Shown piece after piece: positions 35,780 to 48,570 of a stretch of DNA of 64,000 nt. Origin of the DNA: Raillietiella orientalis (Eukaryota); NCBI GenBank assembly GCA_036172245.1, contig JAYWIR010000009.1, positions 4,402,001 through 4,466,000 on the forward strand. Direction: 5' to 3'. The number at the start of each line of letters is the position of its first letter. The first letter of the stretch is position 1. Under the pieces are notes generated by a model that was given only the letters and a program-made list of their open reading frames with translations, had not been told where the DNA came from and did not search any database. A program made the translations under genes and the position numbers.

Positions 35780-38350
35780 CCACAGGGGCGGACGGTGGCA
35801 CTTGACGTACCAAAGAAAACCCGAAATTCCAGGAAAAAGCGACTCAGGAGGGAACCTGAGTCGCCTTTTGTCAGGAGGAGGGAACCTCACTTCTGGTCCG
35901 AAAATGGGGGGGCATGGAGCATGAAGGGAGGGTACCGCGACAGCAGAGGGACGGAAGCAGCAAACGGCAGGAGGAGGCCCGGGCGCTCACCAGACTCCGG
36001 CACTTCCGAACCTGGCCTATGGGTTCTGTGGGATGCTGGGCGCTTCGCTCAGGGGAGGCAGTCTCGTCGCTCCCTCCGCAGCGCGGGGGTGGTCAGGGAG
36101 GGAGGGGAGAGGATATGACCTCCTTCTCGTCCGATGGCATCGGAGTTCAGCCAGCGAGACGAGCCTCCTTGGGGGATGCTGCGCCGCGGGATGGCGGTTG
36201 CATCCTCCGACAAACGCCCATCACGGACGCAGGGTGGACTCTTCGAGATCGCTTCCACGCACAGCTTGGTTAATCCCCTTCCCCGCCCTCGCGATTCCTC
36301 GCGGGCAGCCATCGCGGTCGCAGTTGACTTGCACAAGACATTTGGCTGCGTTGACCAGGAGATTCTTCTGGAGCTCCTGGAATGCCTAGGCTTTCCGGCA
36401 GCATCATTTGCTCACCTGAGCTCCAGCTGGCGCGATGTTCTCATCAGCGCTTCTTTCTGCGGGCAGACTGTGGACGTTGTGCCGCGGGCGGAGCGAAAAC
36501 CTGAGCCCCTTGCTCTTTAGCACCCGTGTCGAATTGGTGCTGAGAGCGTACAGGGAGACTCTGGCAACTCTGCCGAGCTCGTGTCTGGGCATGACTGCCG
36601 TCTCCGAATACGCGGAGGATCTTCCAATGCTGCTCTCCATGTCCACCTCGGCGTCGGCGCTCCAAGATTTCTTCGAGCTGTTCAGCCGCGGGACAGGACT
36701 GGAGGTGAACAGGGTGGAATCGTTGGTGATGGCGGTTGGTGCGGCATGGAGAGGAAGCACGGACTGGACCCGCCTGGGGCGGTACTTGAAGTACCTAACC
36801 ATTCCGCTGGAAGACTTCTGCGCTGCAGAAGCCTGGTCCGGCAGTCTTCAGAAAGCAGAGCAGGTGCTCAGCCCGTCACCGGAACGGGCAGCGGTGGGGA
36901 ACCCATCCGCGGGCCCCCTCCTCCGCCACCTATTTTCTGTTTGCCGGAGAGGATCAAGAAGTGGGCGGGGAACCTCCTGAGGATTTGGGGCAACAGGAGG
37001 CCCCGCGACCGACTAAAAGACGTCAGGACGGCGGTCTCGGTTTCCTGACTCTGGAGTGGCTGGAGCTTCAGCAGCTCCAGTTCCGGACACTTGCCCTTGT
37101 GGAGAATTTGTGGAGCACCTCCTGGTGCCAACCTTCATGCCTCTTTGTGGAGCAGGACAACGGCTGCGCGGAACTGGCGCCCTTCCTTGCGCGCCGCCGT
37201 TGACACATCTCCCACTGAGGACCGCAGCTTCGGCAGATGGCCACGCTCCCCAGGAAGAACATGAGATGGATCTCTTGCCGCCCCACGAACGGTGGTGCCT
37301 GGGCTGCAGGGAACAAGCGGGCGAAGCATCACAAGCCAAGCCAGGAGCAGGCGCAGCGTCTGCTGCACTGCTTTTACAACTGCTCGCTCCGGGAGATCCT
37401 GGACCATCCCATGAAGAGTATGTGGGTAGGAAGCACCTTCCTTGCCTCAGCGCTGTCCTCCCTCAGGGAACACATGCGCAGCAGCCTGGCGGCTATATAT
37501 AGGTTACTGTGGAAATCTCCGGAAGGAGGAAAGGACTGGGTGAGTGGACGACGGGCCAGCCCAAGGGGGCTGCGACCCCAAATGCTCCCCTCCCCACGAG
37601 GAGTTTTGCGCTGAAGCGAGCTACTGGGAATCCCGGTGGAAGACCTGCAGTGGCCCCCGGTGCTCACGAACACCTGCACCCTCCCCTTGAAGTGGCAGGA
37701 GTCGGCACTGCTGCTGCTGCACTGGAGCCTCCCGCCAGCATCACTGAACCCGGGGAGGGAGGTGGATCCCAACTGTTGCAGATGATGGGAGCATGAATCT
37801 CTCCCGCATCTGCTTGTAGACTGTGTTGCCCTCCAGCCCCTCTGGAAACGCTTTGCCACGTCCCTAAGAACTCCGGCGGCAACTCCAGGGACGTTTTACG
37901 GCCCCTCCTTCTACGCGACGTCCTTCGTCTCGCAACCTCGCTAGCAGCTCCCTGTTGCCTCCGCGGAATTGTGGCGGCCCGGAGCGACGCAAGGGGAGAA
38001 CCGAGGGAGAGGGGTGCCACATCCACTACGCCATCCGATTCATGAGGATGGCAACGAGATGGCCTACATGGAAAACAACATCCAGCAAGAGCCCACCGGC
38101 ATCCTCCAAAGGATGCAGAGGACCGCCTCCAGCAGAACGCGACCTCTTCCCACAACTTCCCATTCTCCGCAAGAACGTTTATTTTATTTTATTTTTTTCT
38201 TTTCGTCTGTCCTCTCTCCTCTGCTGCCGTGGTGAACTCACCGGTCTGGAAACCCGGCAGGCTCCCGGTAAAACGCTCGGGTTTTACCTGTGGTCCAACC
38301 ACGGGTGAAACAGTTATTCACAGATCTCTATAAATGTTTATTTTTATCAA
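35780..38350 (+). mobile_element. 5'-truncated L1/Tx1-like retrotransposon: RT through zinc-finger region and 3'UTR, frameshifted
   Basis: Collinear motifs AVDLHKTFGCVDQ...LGFP (D..KAFD.V), SEYAEDL (YADD), GTGLEVN, LKYLTIPL, DGGLGFLTLEWLE, C-terminal GILQRMQRT, and a T-rich, structured 3'UTR. Confidence 0.85.
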
Positions 38351-39339
38351 AATAAACGCTCCCCATGGCGTAACCGGATGAGAATCCCCCCTTCCCACCC
38401 CATCAGTCGGGCGATGACGACGATAGGCGCAGGTTTCCAGTGCACTGTCGGTCTGTTGTGGGTGTAGGGAAAGCGCCAAGGGGCCATCGAGACGCGATGG
38501 GGGGTAAGGGAATAAGAGCGCGGCACGGCGGCGGCGCGAGAGGCCCCGCGCAGACCGCCGTTCCACCCGCTCGCGGCTGCGGACGGGTGCAGGCGGCGTC
38601 GAACTCGTCCGAGCGCTCCGCTGCCGTATCCACGGAGACCCCGCGTCGCGAGCCGGTCACCGACGCAGAGAAGCGCTCTGTGGAACGCTGAGGTCCACCT
38701 TTCCGACGAACCCTATTTCCCGGAGGGCCACGAAGAGCAGGCGGAGGGGTCCCCCACCCTCACTCCGCCGACTCCACGTCCTCTACGGACGAAGAACCGC
38801 ACGGGAAACTCCTCCCCCCAGCGTGCGGCGGACGGAGATCCGTGGATCCCCGAGCTGCTGTCCGAGATGCTCCCGAGGACTGATCGGGAGGTCTTCCCGA
38901 TTCCCGCGTCCCCTTTCCCGGCGGCCGATGCATCGGACTCGAGGCATCGTGTGCCAAAGCCGGACCTGAGACATGGACTCCTCGATAGCCTGCGGCAGCA
39001 TGCCGCCAGGCGGCCCTACCTCCTGTAGGCCCGGCCAGCACCCCTACCGAACCCGGCGCCAGCGCGAGCAGGGTGGACCGGGTGAGCAGGCAGACGCGCG
39101 CGGTTTGGAAGGGACGCCACTCCGGCATGTCTCTACGCACCCACTGCGCGCCATCTGCCCGGAAGCCGCCACGGCGACTCGGCAGCTCGCTGACGGATTT
39201 AGAGCGACCGATCCAGGCGGCGGATTCCGGCTCTCCCACTGGACCGCGTCCCGCAAGGGGATCGAACCCGACTAAAGCCCCCCCCCTCCCCCGGGAGAGG
39301 TTCCTCGGCCTTGGAAGATTCCAGGAGTACGAAGACGAC

Positions 39340-40450
39340 TAAATACGGGAGTCCGGCTCAGTCTTTGGGTAGGACGCGTCAGGGCACGGCGCACCGCAGT
39401 AGCAGCCCATAATGCATGGGTCCCGGCGCCAGCGACAAACCCCTGGGGGAGCTCGAAATCAAAAGGGGAGAGCAGAATACAGCAAAACCGCAACAACGTA
39501 CAACAACAACGCTGCGGGGAGTCGGACTCGAACCAGCGGATGGGCGGAAGCGGTTGCGATCAAAATCCCGAAAGATCACAAATAACCAAACACACGTATC
39601 TCTTATATATATATATATACACGTAGGTTAAGATTTATTGTGAAGATTATAAAAATAAATAGATAGGTGTGTGTTCATTTTGTATATCAAATATACAGAT
39701 AATAGGTATCTATATGAAATGAATAATAAATATCGAATTAGGACATATATTCATCAGGAGATCAAAATTCCGAAAATGGAATTCATCATTCACTGCGAAA
39801 ATTTCAAATTTTTCGGTTGGAAATGATGAGAAGAGCAAATCTCAAATTTCCTTTTTGTTCTTTCAAATTGTTTGCTTATTTTCACCATTCTCACCGTTAT
39901 TTTTGGTATCACCATTATTTTTATTTCTGTTAATAAATATTTATGTATTCATTTGATATGCAAATATATATAAACACATTAATATATAGAATGTACACAT
40001 GTATTTGTTATAACCTTTAATACATACGGCATATATATTACTAATTATATTAATATGTATGTTTATAAATATCAATAAATATGTATGTTAAAATGATGTT
40101 GCATATTCATCTATCTATCTGTCCATGTGTATGTATATATTATAGTCTTTATAATATATTTTTTAATAATCTTTAATAGATATAGTAATAGTATACTGAT
40201 GCATATTATTTATTACATTATTGTGTAGGCTAAAAATATCAATAAATAGTATGTTGAAGTTGTATATTACTCTATCTATCTATCTGCATATATATATTAC
40301 AATCTTTATAATATACATTAACCTACACCTAAATATATATATAATAAACATACATATTTATTTTTCCTGATCATTCGGTATTTCGAACCAAACCCGGGTG
40401 TAAGCAGCCTACAAATGGGCAATCCTGAACCACTACTACCACCATCGCGA
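39340..40450 (-). mobile_element. tRNA-like SINE head split by the MITE at 39551-40395
   Basis: On the minus strand, A-box-like TGGTAGTAGTGG (~40430-40441) lies on one side of the MITE and B-box GGTTCGAGTCC (~39524-39534) on the other. Confidence 0.5.
39551..40395. mobile_element. AT-rich MITE/MULE-like element with ~28-bp imperfect TIRs and a probable 9-bp TSD
   Basis: Left cggttgcgatcaaaatcccgaaagatca versus reverse complement of the right end gggtttggttcgaaataccgaatgatca. Flanks gggcggaag (39542-39550) and gggtgtaag (40396-40404) match at 7/9. Confidence 0.68.
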
Positions 40451-42529
40451 GATCGTGGATAATGCTCCCTGGCAACCTGAGTAACCTTTCCAGGTATTTT
40501 GTGCCTGTAAACATTCATGCTTGTTTTTCTGGTGACAGTCGTCAACCGGCAGGGTGGCGGCTGTCATTTCTTTTCCTTCAGCAGGCAATGATGCAGCGTT
40601 GTCCAAGGGTGTGGCGGACTCGAGGACCTTCCACCGTGTCCTCACGAGGATGCCCCTGCCGCCCAGGTGTCGTCGACCGCCTCGCATCCAAGTTCATGAG
40701 GAGGCAGGCATCCGTTTGCTTCCACCAGGTGGGGGCCACGCCTTGGGGGAAAAGCGAAGGGCTGCTCCGCCCGGTGACGGCTTCGAGGAAGCAGGGATAC
40801 CAGCTCTTCCTCAGCAGGCGGCACTCCTGAGACGGGAAGCACGTCCGGAAAGCATACTTCTGGCGCAAAGCCGGCTGCCTCCAAGCCAGCAACTGGAATC
40901 GTCTCGCGGCGGCGGAGGACGAGACATCGCCTGTTCCGTGGAACGCTTGGGAAACGGAAACACGGGACTTGATGTGACCTCTCCTCTCCCTTTGGAACCC
41001 CTTCACCGATTATGTATTCCATTCAGTTACTTACCGTCTCCTTCCCTTCCTAGTACCAGCCTAAGCGAACTTTGCATGGACGTCCGCAGCCTACCTGTAC
41101 CTTTGAAAGTGTAGTACCTGTTGTAGGATGATCTTCCATATACATATCAACAGTGCAATCACCAACTTATTAATTTGAATGATGAAATGAGTCAATGAAT
41201 CGCTATAAATATACCTGTTCCAATAATATTACTGTTAATAATATGCATGGTCGTAAATAGGAGCAACTACGTATATTAAGATATCAATCCATGTAGCATG
41301 AGCACATATCTTTATGTTTTCCGGTCTTTCGGGATTTCTGAACCAGGATACTGCGAGTGGCGACGGGCCGCAGAAAGAGTTGTAAGATTTGCTGGCTCCG
41401 TACCGGGCTGACATGCTTTTCCAAGCGCCGCCCTTTTTGCTGGCTCTCTCGTGCCGAACAGGAAAGGGGGGTCATCAGGGAAGGTGGTTTGACATCTCTT
41501 TGAATATTCGTGGGCGGTTCGAGGTGTCCTCACCGTAGAAGACATAGTCAGCTGGGATAAGGCTCGCACTCTATCGTTTCAGGACTAGTTCCTGGATTGA
41601 TCGTTGCTAACCAACACTCGGGCGTTCTAATCCATGTTTGAGGTGTCCTTGGCAGCACTCTTGCCTTTCAATAGATCCCTCGTGTCCAGTCCACACACGC
41701 AGAAAGAACACCATCATCCATCTTCTTATTGCGCTGAACATCACGTGCCCATCCATAGGCACGGCATCCTATCAATAGGGTGCCGCGCTGGGACGCCGGA
41801 AGCACCCGTTCTCTCCTTGATGGAGCTCCCCCCCCCAAAAAAAAAAAAAAAAAAAAACAGAAAAGAATGTCGCTGAGGGTGCCGGTTCCTGCCAAAGCAT
41901 TCTGGGTAACCTGGAGAGAAGCCAGCTGACTTGCCACCGCGAGAAAGAAAGGAAGGGGTACCAAGTGAAGAAATAAAAAAAAAAGAATCAACTCTCAGGG
42001 ATTCCCCTGGAGTCCTCAGCATCCTGAACGCAGGATGCTGGCAAGTCCCACTCTAATGCTCACCAAGTGGAGCCATCTTGTTGTCCTCAAGGAGGAGGTC
42101 GTCATGGCGATGACGTTCCCTTCGCGCAGCATCTATGCCGCGGAGGCGGCGGAGACCTGAGACGGCTGTGGCAGGCAGCACAGCACTGCACGCGAGGGAG
42201 CTGTTTCCCCACGTCTTTGGGGTTGGTCAACGGGTGCAGCAGGGCCGCTACGCAAAGCCCCCACACGCGCCGGAGGGAAACGCCGTCCACTGGAGTGTGC
42301 GGGAAGAATTCCACATCTGCTCATGTGGTAACCACGATTCCTCTCTTGCTGTGCTCCCCATTTGTCCTCGCATTGTGGGTGACGAGGCGAGCAGTGCACG
42401 AGAGACCCCAATAGAGCATCGCGGACGTCTGCGGCTTCAGGGCAAGCTGGGGGCTGTTCGTGAGAGCCGCAGCGATTCCCTGGTCTTCTTCCTTCGTGGA
42501 GAATTCAAGGAGATCTGGTTAGAGGCGAT

Positions 42530-42563
42530 CCCGCCCTAAAGGTCCTCTGACCTTTAGGGCGGG
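42530..42563. repeat. Perfect 15-bp inverted repeat with a 4-nt loop
   Basis: cccgccctaaaggtc-ctct-gacctttagggcggg. Confidence 0.95.
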
Positions 42564-43820
42564 CGCCTGGGGTCGCTTGAAAAGCATACGTTGCGCAGGA
42601 CGGCCACTTCCGTTTCAAGGATGCTGTGATCGCACGCGAGGAAGCGCTTGACTACGTGGGGGACGGAGCGGCATCGTGAGTGATGACTAGGTCACGGAGC
42701 TACCCTACGAGAGAGCCCGCAGAACACTTGCACGCGATTCCCGCGCGCACGCGCGTCCAGAGGGAGGGCGATCCCAGTTCTGCTTCCCGGTCGCAACCGG
42801 CGTCTTGCCAGGGGGATGCCGAAAAAGCCGCTTTCCTCGTTCCCTCGGTCACGGGGAGTGCGGGCCGCGCCGGCTGGATGCGCGGGAACATCTCTGCAGT
42901 TTGGTCGCTCCGTCGCACTCTCCTCCGCCGTGGCAGCATTCGCCAGGAACACGCAGCCCTCGAGCTTTTCCATTCCTGCGCCAGAGGACGGAATGATCAT
43001 CGCCCTCGCGCCTCGCCCTTTCCTGCAAGCCGAGGCCACCACTCCCGAGTACTCCTCGTCTCGCCTCATCCCCCTCCCCCCTCCCCAAGCACGCAGTTTC
43101 TTTCCGGGGATCCCATGCCAGCAGCATCTGCGCAGACCCACCTTTCGAATCGGCGGAATTTTCGAAATCTCCCCCCTCGTGCTTATCTGACCGGTCCGAG
43201 AGCCCACTCCTCCCTGTCTCCCGCGATCCCGGGACGGCGACGTGCAGCAGGTCGCCACGATAGCTAAACGACGTTACCACGGTGACCGCAACGACGACGA
43301 TCTGCGCCGCGAAGGCTGGCCGGCAGGCGCGGCACATGCGAGTCACGCAGCACTTCCGCGCGCGCGAGCGCGATTGTTGCGAGACGCTCGCGAAAATGGC
43401 GGCGCTTCCCCTCCTCTCTCCCTGGCAACCGTCCATCCTCGGCGGCCCCGGCGGGAAAGCGGTGTGCGCAGGCAAGATCGCGCCGGCCCTGTTGCTCGCG
43501 GGTGCAGGAGTATCTTGCCCTCCTCCCTCCTCCCATCTGCTCTCCCGGTGCGTCCGAGATGCGCAGCCGCTCCGAGTTCGCTCGCCGGTGTCCTTCCCCT
43601 GAGCTGAGCACGCAGCGATCACCTGGAGGGGACACTGCGGATCTTGCAGGCGACCACGTGACAGGGCGTCTCGGCGCCTGGACAGCATCTCCTCCACGCC
43701 TGGCATGAGGAGCTTTTGCCGGAGAAGGCCGTATGTACGCTCAGGAAACGTGAGGTGGGTCCTAATCCCGTACACAATGAAAGCAAATTCTCGAATGTGA
43801 AATGTATATAATATCCGTTT

Positions 43821-43877
<57 letters not shown>
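43821..43877. repeat. (TC)n(TG)n compound microsatellite
   Basis: Direct reading. Confidence 0.95.
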
Positions 43878-43878
<1 letters not shown>

Positions 43879-45499
43879 ATGTGAATGCACCCAAAGTTCA
43901 CCGTCCCAAGCACAGAGTTGCCAGCGCTGAGGGTGGACCCGAAGAAGCACGGTCACCGTTAGGAGAGATGGAAATGTGAGATCTTGCTGAACGAGAACTG
44001 CGGTTTTCCCGGTGCTCACACTTCGGAGGTGTTTCTCGTTCTCGTTTCCATGGTACACCATTCCAATTCCAATATTCGCATTAATTGTGCATAAAACTTC
44101 TGTCCCCTGTCCTTCCGGATTCATGGTGCAGAGTGGGTTTTCCCTTTTGGCAATGCTGGAGAGTCTCTGCTGCGACTCTTCCGCAATTGTTGATGACAGT
44201 TCCATCCCTGAGGGCTCCTCAACTACCTACTGATCTGTTGCCTATTTTTCGCCTTCTCAAGAGGGCTGCCAGTAAGGAAGATTTCTGGATACACCCCGTT
44301 TAGGCAGATTGTATTTCGGAGTGTTGCTTCTTGCGTTCTTCCCACAGTGTCCTCGTTTCATCTGCCCGTCTGCACCTGCCAAACAAGGATCTCGCACAAC
44401 CTCCGGGGAAAAAAAAAAGACGGCAGAAGGAAAGTAAAAAAGGTCAGAGCTCCAAGTAAAACCTTGGCAACCAGTTCTGTTCCCAACTGACCGCCATGAA
44501 CAATTTCAAAGACAGTCTCGAAGGCTGTCCGCGAGCACCCCCCTCCGCCCACCGCAGGCGGCCCACGGTCCCCACGGCTGCCCTGCACTCCTTCGCAGCT
44601 GATCATTCCGGAGGGATTGCAGCTCGCTTGTACAACCAGTGTACTGCAGGGGACGCATCTCCGTGCCGCGCACCCAGAGATTCTCAACCTACGGCCCGAG
44701 GGCCGCATACGGGCCCCCGAACTGCCACTTGCGGCCCACACCATCCACAGCCATTAAGTATTTCGTTTTAAACTTCTGATAGTCGGGCGGTGGTTTTTGT
44801 AGGAGGCAAATTCCGTGAGCGGTTGGCACCCACGCGCACAGCGCCTCTCGCGGGTTGTTCCGCGATTCCGCGCAATGACGTTGTTGCGTACAGTTTCCGT
44901 TTCCCTGTAATTTCAAGTGTTGGTACGCGGGAAAAAATACAGTGTGCGCTTAACTCACACCGCAATGAAAAAAGCATTTGTTTACATCCATATTCTTCAG
45001 ATTTTTTTGCACAAAATATACGAACGTAAAAAATAAATAAATTATATCGTGCTGAAAATTGTAGAATTCACTGAACTACATTAATGTATAACATCGTTTC
45101 ACATGATGATATTCTAATACATAACGTACTATAGTACCGCCCTCGTAATGCTGCAGACTTGCGTATGCTACCCGAGAAGAAGAAAGGTTGCTTATCACCG
45201 TGCGCTGTTCAAGACGTGGTGGTGCTTCTCCCGTCCCGTTCAGGGGAAAACGGGGGTCCGAGTCCACGGGGAAGACGATATATGATCTCTTGTAGAAAGA
45301 CATCAGCTTGAGGGATGCCGCTCTAAAAGATGCTGTATGCATTTGACGCCGCTTGGCCACGAAGTTACTGCGAAATCGATTGATGGTTTTTTCAAATTTC
45401 TGTAAGATGTGTGTTCTCCGAAGGAGAGGGAGAGGAAGAGCAAAAAAGGCGTCTGGTCCCATCTGGCTGATTCTACTATTCTACTACTATTCTATTCTA

Positions 45500-46950
45500 C
45501 GGTGCTGCTTGACTTGCCTTCCTGCGCTCATATGACAGAGCTCCTTAATGCTAGGAAGGAGCAAAGCGCTACCAAGATCCCCGAATAGTCTTTCCCACCA
45601 CAAGACGGCAGCAGAAACTTTCGCAGCCTCCGAAGACGAGACAAGAAGGCCAAAGGAAACTTCTTGAAGGGATAAGTAAACAAGGATGGATTTTCGGCCT
45701 TGCGGAGCCTTTTCGGAGCAGCCCCACCGCTCCTTGCTCCTGGGGTCTATTTGCTCTTTCGTTCCCAACATGTCGCTGCAGTGGTTCTCACGGTTTTCAG
45801 TTTATGTGTCTTGTCACGTCCTTTCGCTTTCTCCGGATTTCGTGTGCCTCCTCCTCGCTGCGGATGTGTCACGCAACCTCTCTGGGAGAAACCGGGGAGG
45901 ATGTGCGCATCGCCGTAAATCCTGGCGGTGCACACCGCCTCTTCCGAGGAGTGCGTCGAGCGCTTGTCGATCTTCAGAAACAGGAGATTCGGATGTCTCG
46001 AAGCAGCGATTGAGGTCACAGGGGATTCTTCCCAGGCGTGGGCTCAGGAATGTTCGTCTGGAAGCCTCAAGGAGATGCAAGCTGGAAATCGGAAACGCTG
46101 CTTGGTCTTCACAAATCTGTCAAGAACTACAGCGATGCAGACGGTCATAGCGTCCCTGCTGCACGGGAGAGGAGAGGCTGATCAAGGGTTGCTTTCACGG
46201 AAAACATCGTCAAGGAAGAGGCGTTCCAGAAAGGATCAGTCGCTTCCCTCTAGGAGATGCCTCACTTGGTGAACGTTGAACCGGGAACTTGCTCCGCTCC
46301 CTTCGAGGAGCGACTCCTCGGAGAAATTGGGAAGAGTCCTTTCGGCATCCTCTTCAAAGGAACACCAACAAGGAGTGGCTCCCCTACGGGTTCCTTCCGA
46401 AGAAGAAATAAGAGAGTGGTCCCTCCGGAGAGAATGAGGAACAGAGTTCCTTTCGGAGTTCCCCCCCGAAGAGTAAGCGAGGAAGAGACTCCTCCGGAGC
46501 CTTTCCTGGATTCATAGGGTGGACCATCTGGAGTCGCCCCCACAACTTGAAGAGTTTACACGCACCCTCGGGTGGCGTGGACGGTGCTCAAAGAGCTCTG
46601 CGAGGAGAAATCCTAAGGAGACGAACGGTTCTTCAGCACCTGGCGAACCAGGATTTAAAAAATTGCTTTTGCGAAGCCGTTATCCGCATACCCTCCCCTC
46701 TCTCCTTACAGATCTGGAGCACGAACCTCCGCATGGACTTGGGCACTGTGGTTTCAGACGTGTTTGGACGTTCCTCTTTCAAGTGGCGGGCTCGACAGGA
46801 CACATCAGGGGACCAACTGCTATTGTCTCCTGAGGACAAGAGCAAACGCCAATTTCCGTCTGCCGAAAGCGGCGCAGAACCACTCCCCAGTGATGGCGGC
46901 AACTCTTTCTGATCCTCCCTTTCGCGCCACACTCTCAACGACCTGTCTTT
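45500..46950 (+). mobile_element. Decayed L1/Tx1-like ORF2 3' fragment interrupted by a SINE copy
   Basis: RRPKETS..KDGFSAL (P..GGLG-like) and a downstream Cys-containing segment. Weak. Confidence 0.35.
46260..46660 (+). mobile_element. 5'-truncated SINE-like copy
   Basis: Aligns with 57290-57630 (cctccggagcc..cctggattcatagggtgg...); ends TGGCGAACC followed by an A-rich run. Confidence 0.75.
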
Positions 46951-47649
46951 AAGGACTGTGACGGAGGCTGCCTCCAGCGCTCCTGCACCAGGAGGACACC
47001 GCCATCGAAGTCACGCACCGCTTCTTCACGCGCGTTGGCCTCTCGCTAGGTGCGGTCGACGCAACGACCTCATGCATCCGCGCCATCGTCATGCCACCAC
47101 GTGTTGGGGTCGCGAGCGGTCTCAAGAAAGGTCACTTGGATTGCAGCCGCCAGTATAAGGACTGGGTAGGCTGCTGGGTGGCCTCAGCTCAGCGAAGAAG
47201 TGAGGAAGGAGATCGGCGGCATTCAACGCCGGTTCTGAAACGATGGAACGGCCGAAGCCAAAGACCCCTGTTCCTTCCCCCCCCCCCCCCCCATATCTTT
47301 TCGTATTTATTTATTGTCCCCTCGCTGTGCCCGACACGCAAGTCGGGCACACTGAAAGTCCGGAACGGGAGGACTCCCCTTGAACCTCTTTTCCCTTTCC
47401 CTGGGAAGATTGTTCCCAGATGGTTTGTTCATTCCTTTATTATAATCGTCCCGGCGCAACCAGGTCGACCTGTCTCTGCTTCATGGCTTTCCTTCTCATT
47501 CAGAGGTTGGCAAGGAACCCGAAGAGTTGCTGCTGCCCGTCAGAATGTGCTCACCAAATTGGCGGCCCGCATAAGCAACAGCGAGTCGTCATCGGTCTGA
47601 TCGCTGAGCAAAAATCCCAGCGAAACAGGCGCGTACGCTCTCCAGGATC

Positions 47650-48570
47650 ATGGCACGGATTTTCAGCCCCTTCGAAATCGATAGGTGGTCATCGTGCCGA
47701 GTGCGCAGTTTCCCCCATCCTCTGTTAACTGAGTGCAACGGCATTTCTCAGGCTGCTTCCGAAGTTGGTCAATCTGAAGAGCGTTTTCCCTTGAGAGCCA
47801 CTCTACGAAATCATCTCACAGAAAGCTATGTAAATGTAGGGGTTGAGGAGACCGAAGAAAGGAACGAATGTGTGCACACTACTTCTCCACGGAACACTGA
47901 GCTTTAAGTTCCCAACTTCTGCTAGAAGCCTGGACCTTGAGTGACCACTCACAAGAAATGGTGGTGGCCGTGGACGTTGGCTGAAAACAGAATTCTGAGA
48001 AATTTTGCTGTGGCATGGTGATTCTCATGGACTCACTCCTTTCCATGTTTCGGTTTCCAAGATGAAACCCTTTCCTTATGAAGTGTTTCCTTCTGAGAAG
48101 CCAGGTCCTCTCTGCGCCGTCGTTTTCCTTCAGTGTGGCTCTTTCCCAGCTCAATGAACAAGGCAGGAGAAAAGGACTGGCATCCCAAGTAAAGTTCCAG
48201 GAAAAGTGGGGTCAGAAAGCGAAGTTCGTCCCCCTCTGGATTTCGTTGCCTAGTATCGGGGTTTGCGGAGTCATCCCATGTTACTTGCCACACTTGTGTT
48301 ACTACAGGGCCACCAAAACTTCGAAAGAAATCCATTTCTGGTGATCCACCCTCGCTCCCGGAAATCCTGGCTAGGGATGCGAAAACCTGTGATTCGCCTC
48401 GAAAAGCTGGAAGGCAGACTTTGCTGAGCTTTGAAAAAATATTGCAGTACAGATACGCCCAGAAGTGAAATCTAGGGTCACAATCCAAGATAATCTCGGC
48501 ACGGGACTTACTGGCCCCCACTTGATTGAAAGAATATTCGACTTGGTCGTGATGCTGCGCTGCTGCGCAA
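47650..48570 (-). mobile_element. Decayed L1/Tx1-like RT N-terminal fragment
   Basis: GDELRFLTPLFLELY resembles the F...L.P.L..L(F/Y)N segment, with KAFD-like remnants downstream. Weak. Confidence 0.4.

Larger units (their letters stand above)
40450..44750 (-). mobile_element. Near full-length but heavily decayed L1/Tx1-like element (ORF1 end, endonuclease, RT, post-RT)
   Basis: Collinear in descending order: RRCVPCSTLVVQASC (zinc-knuckle-like, ~44650); LCTINANIG...VLVQQD (endonuclease N-terminus, T.NV.G...LQET-like, ~44100-43980); RT-like remnants at 42300-41600; post-RT segment at 41400-40550. Confidence 0.55.
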
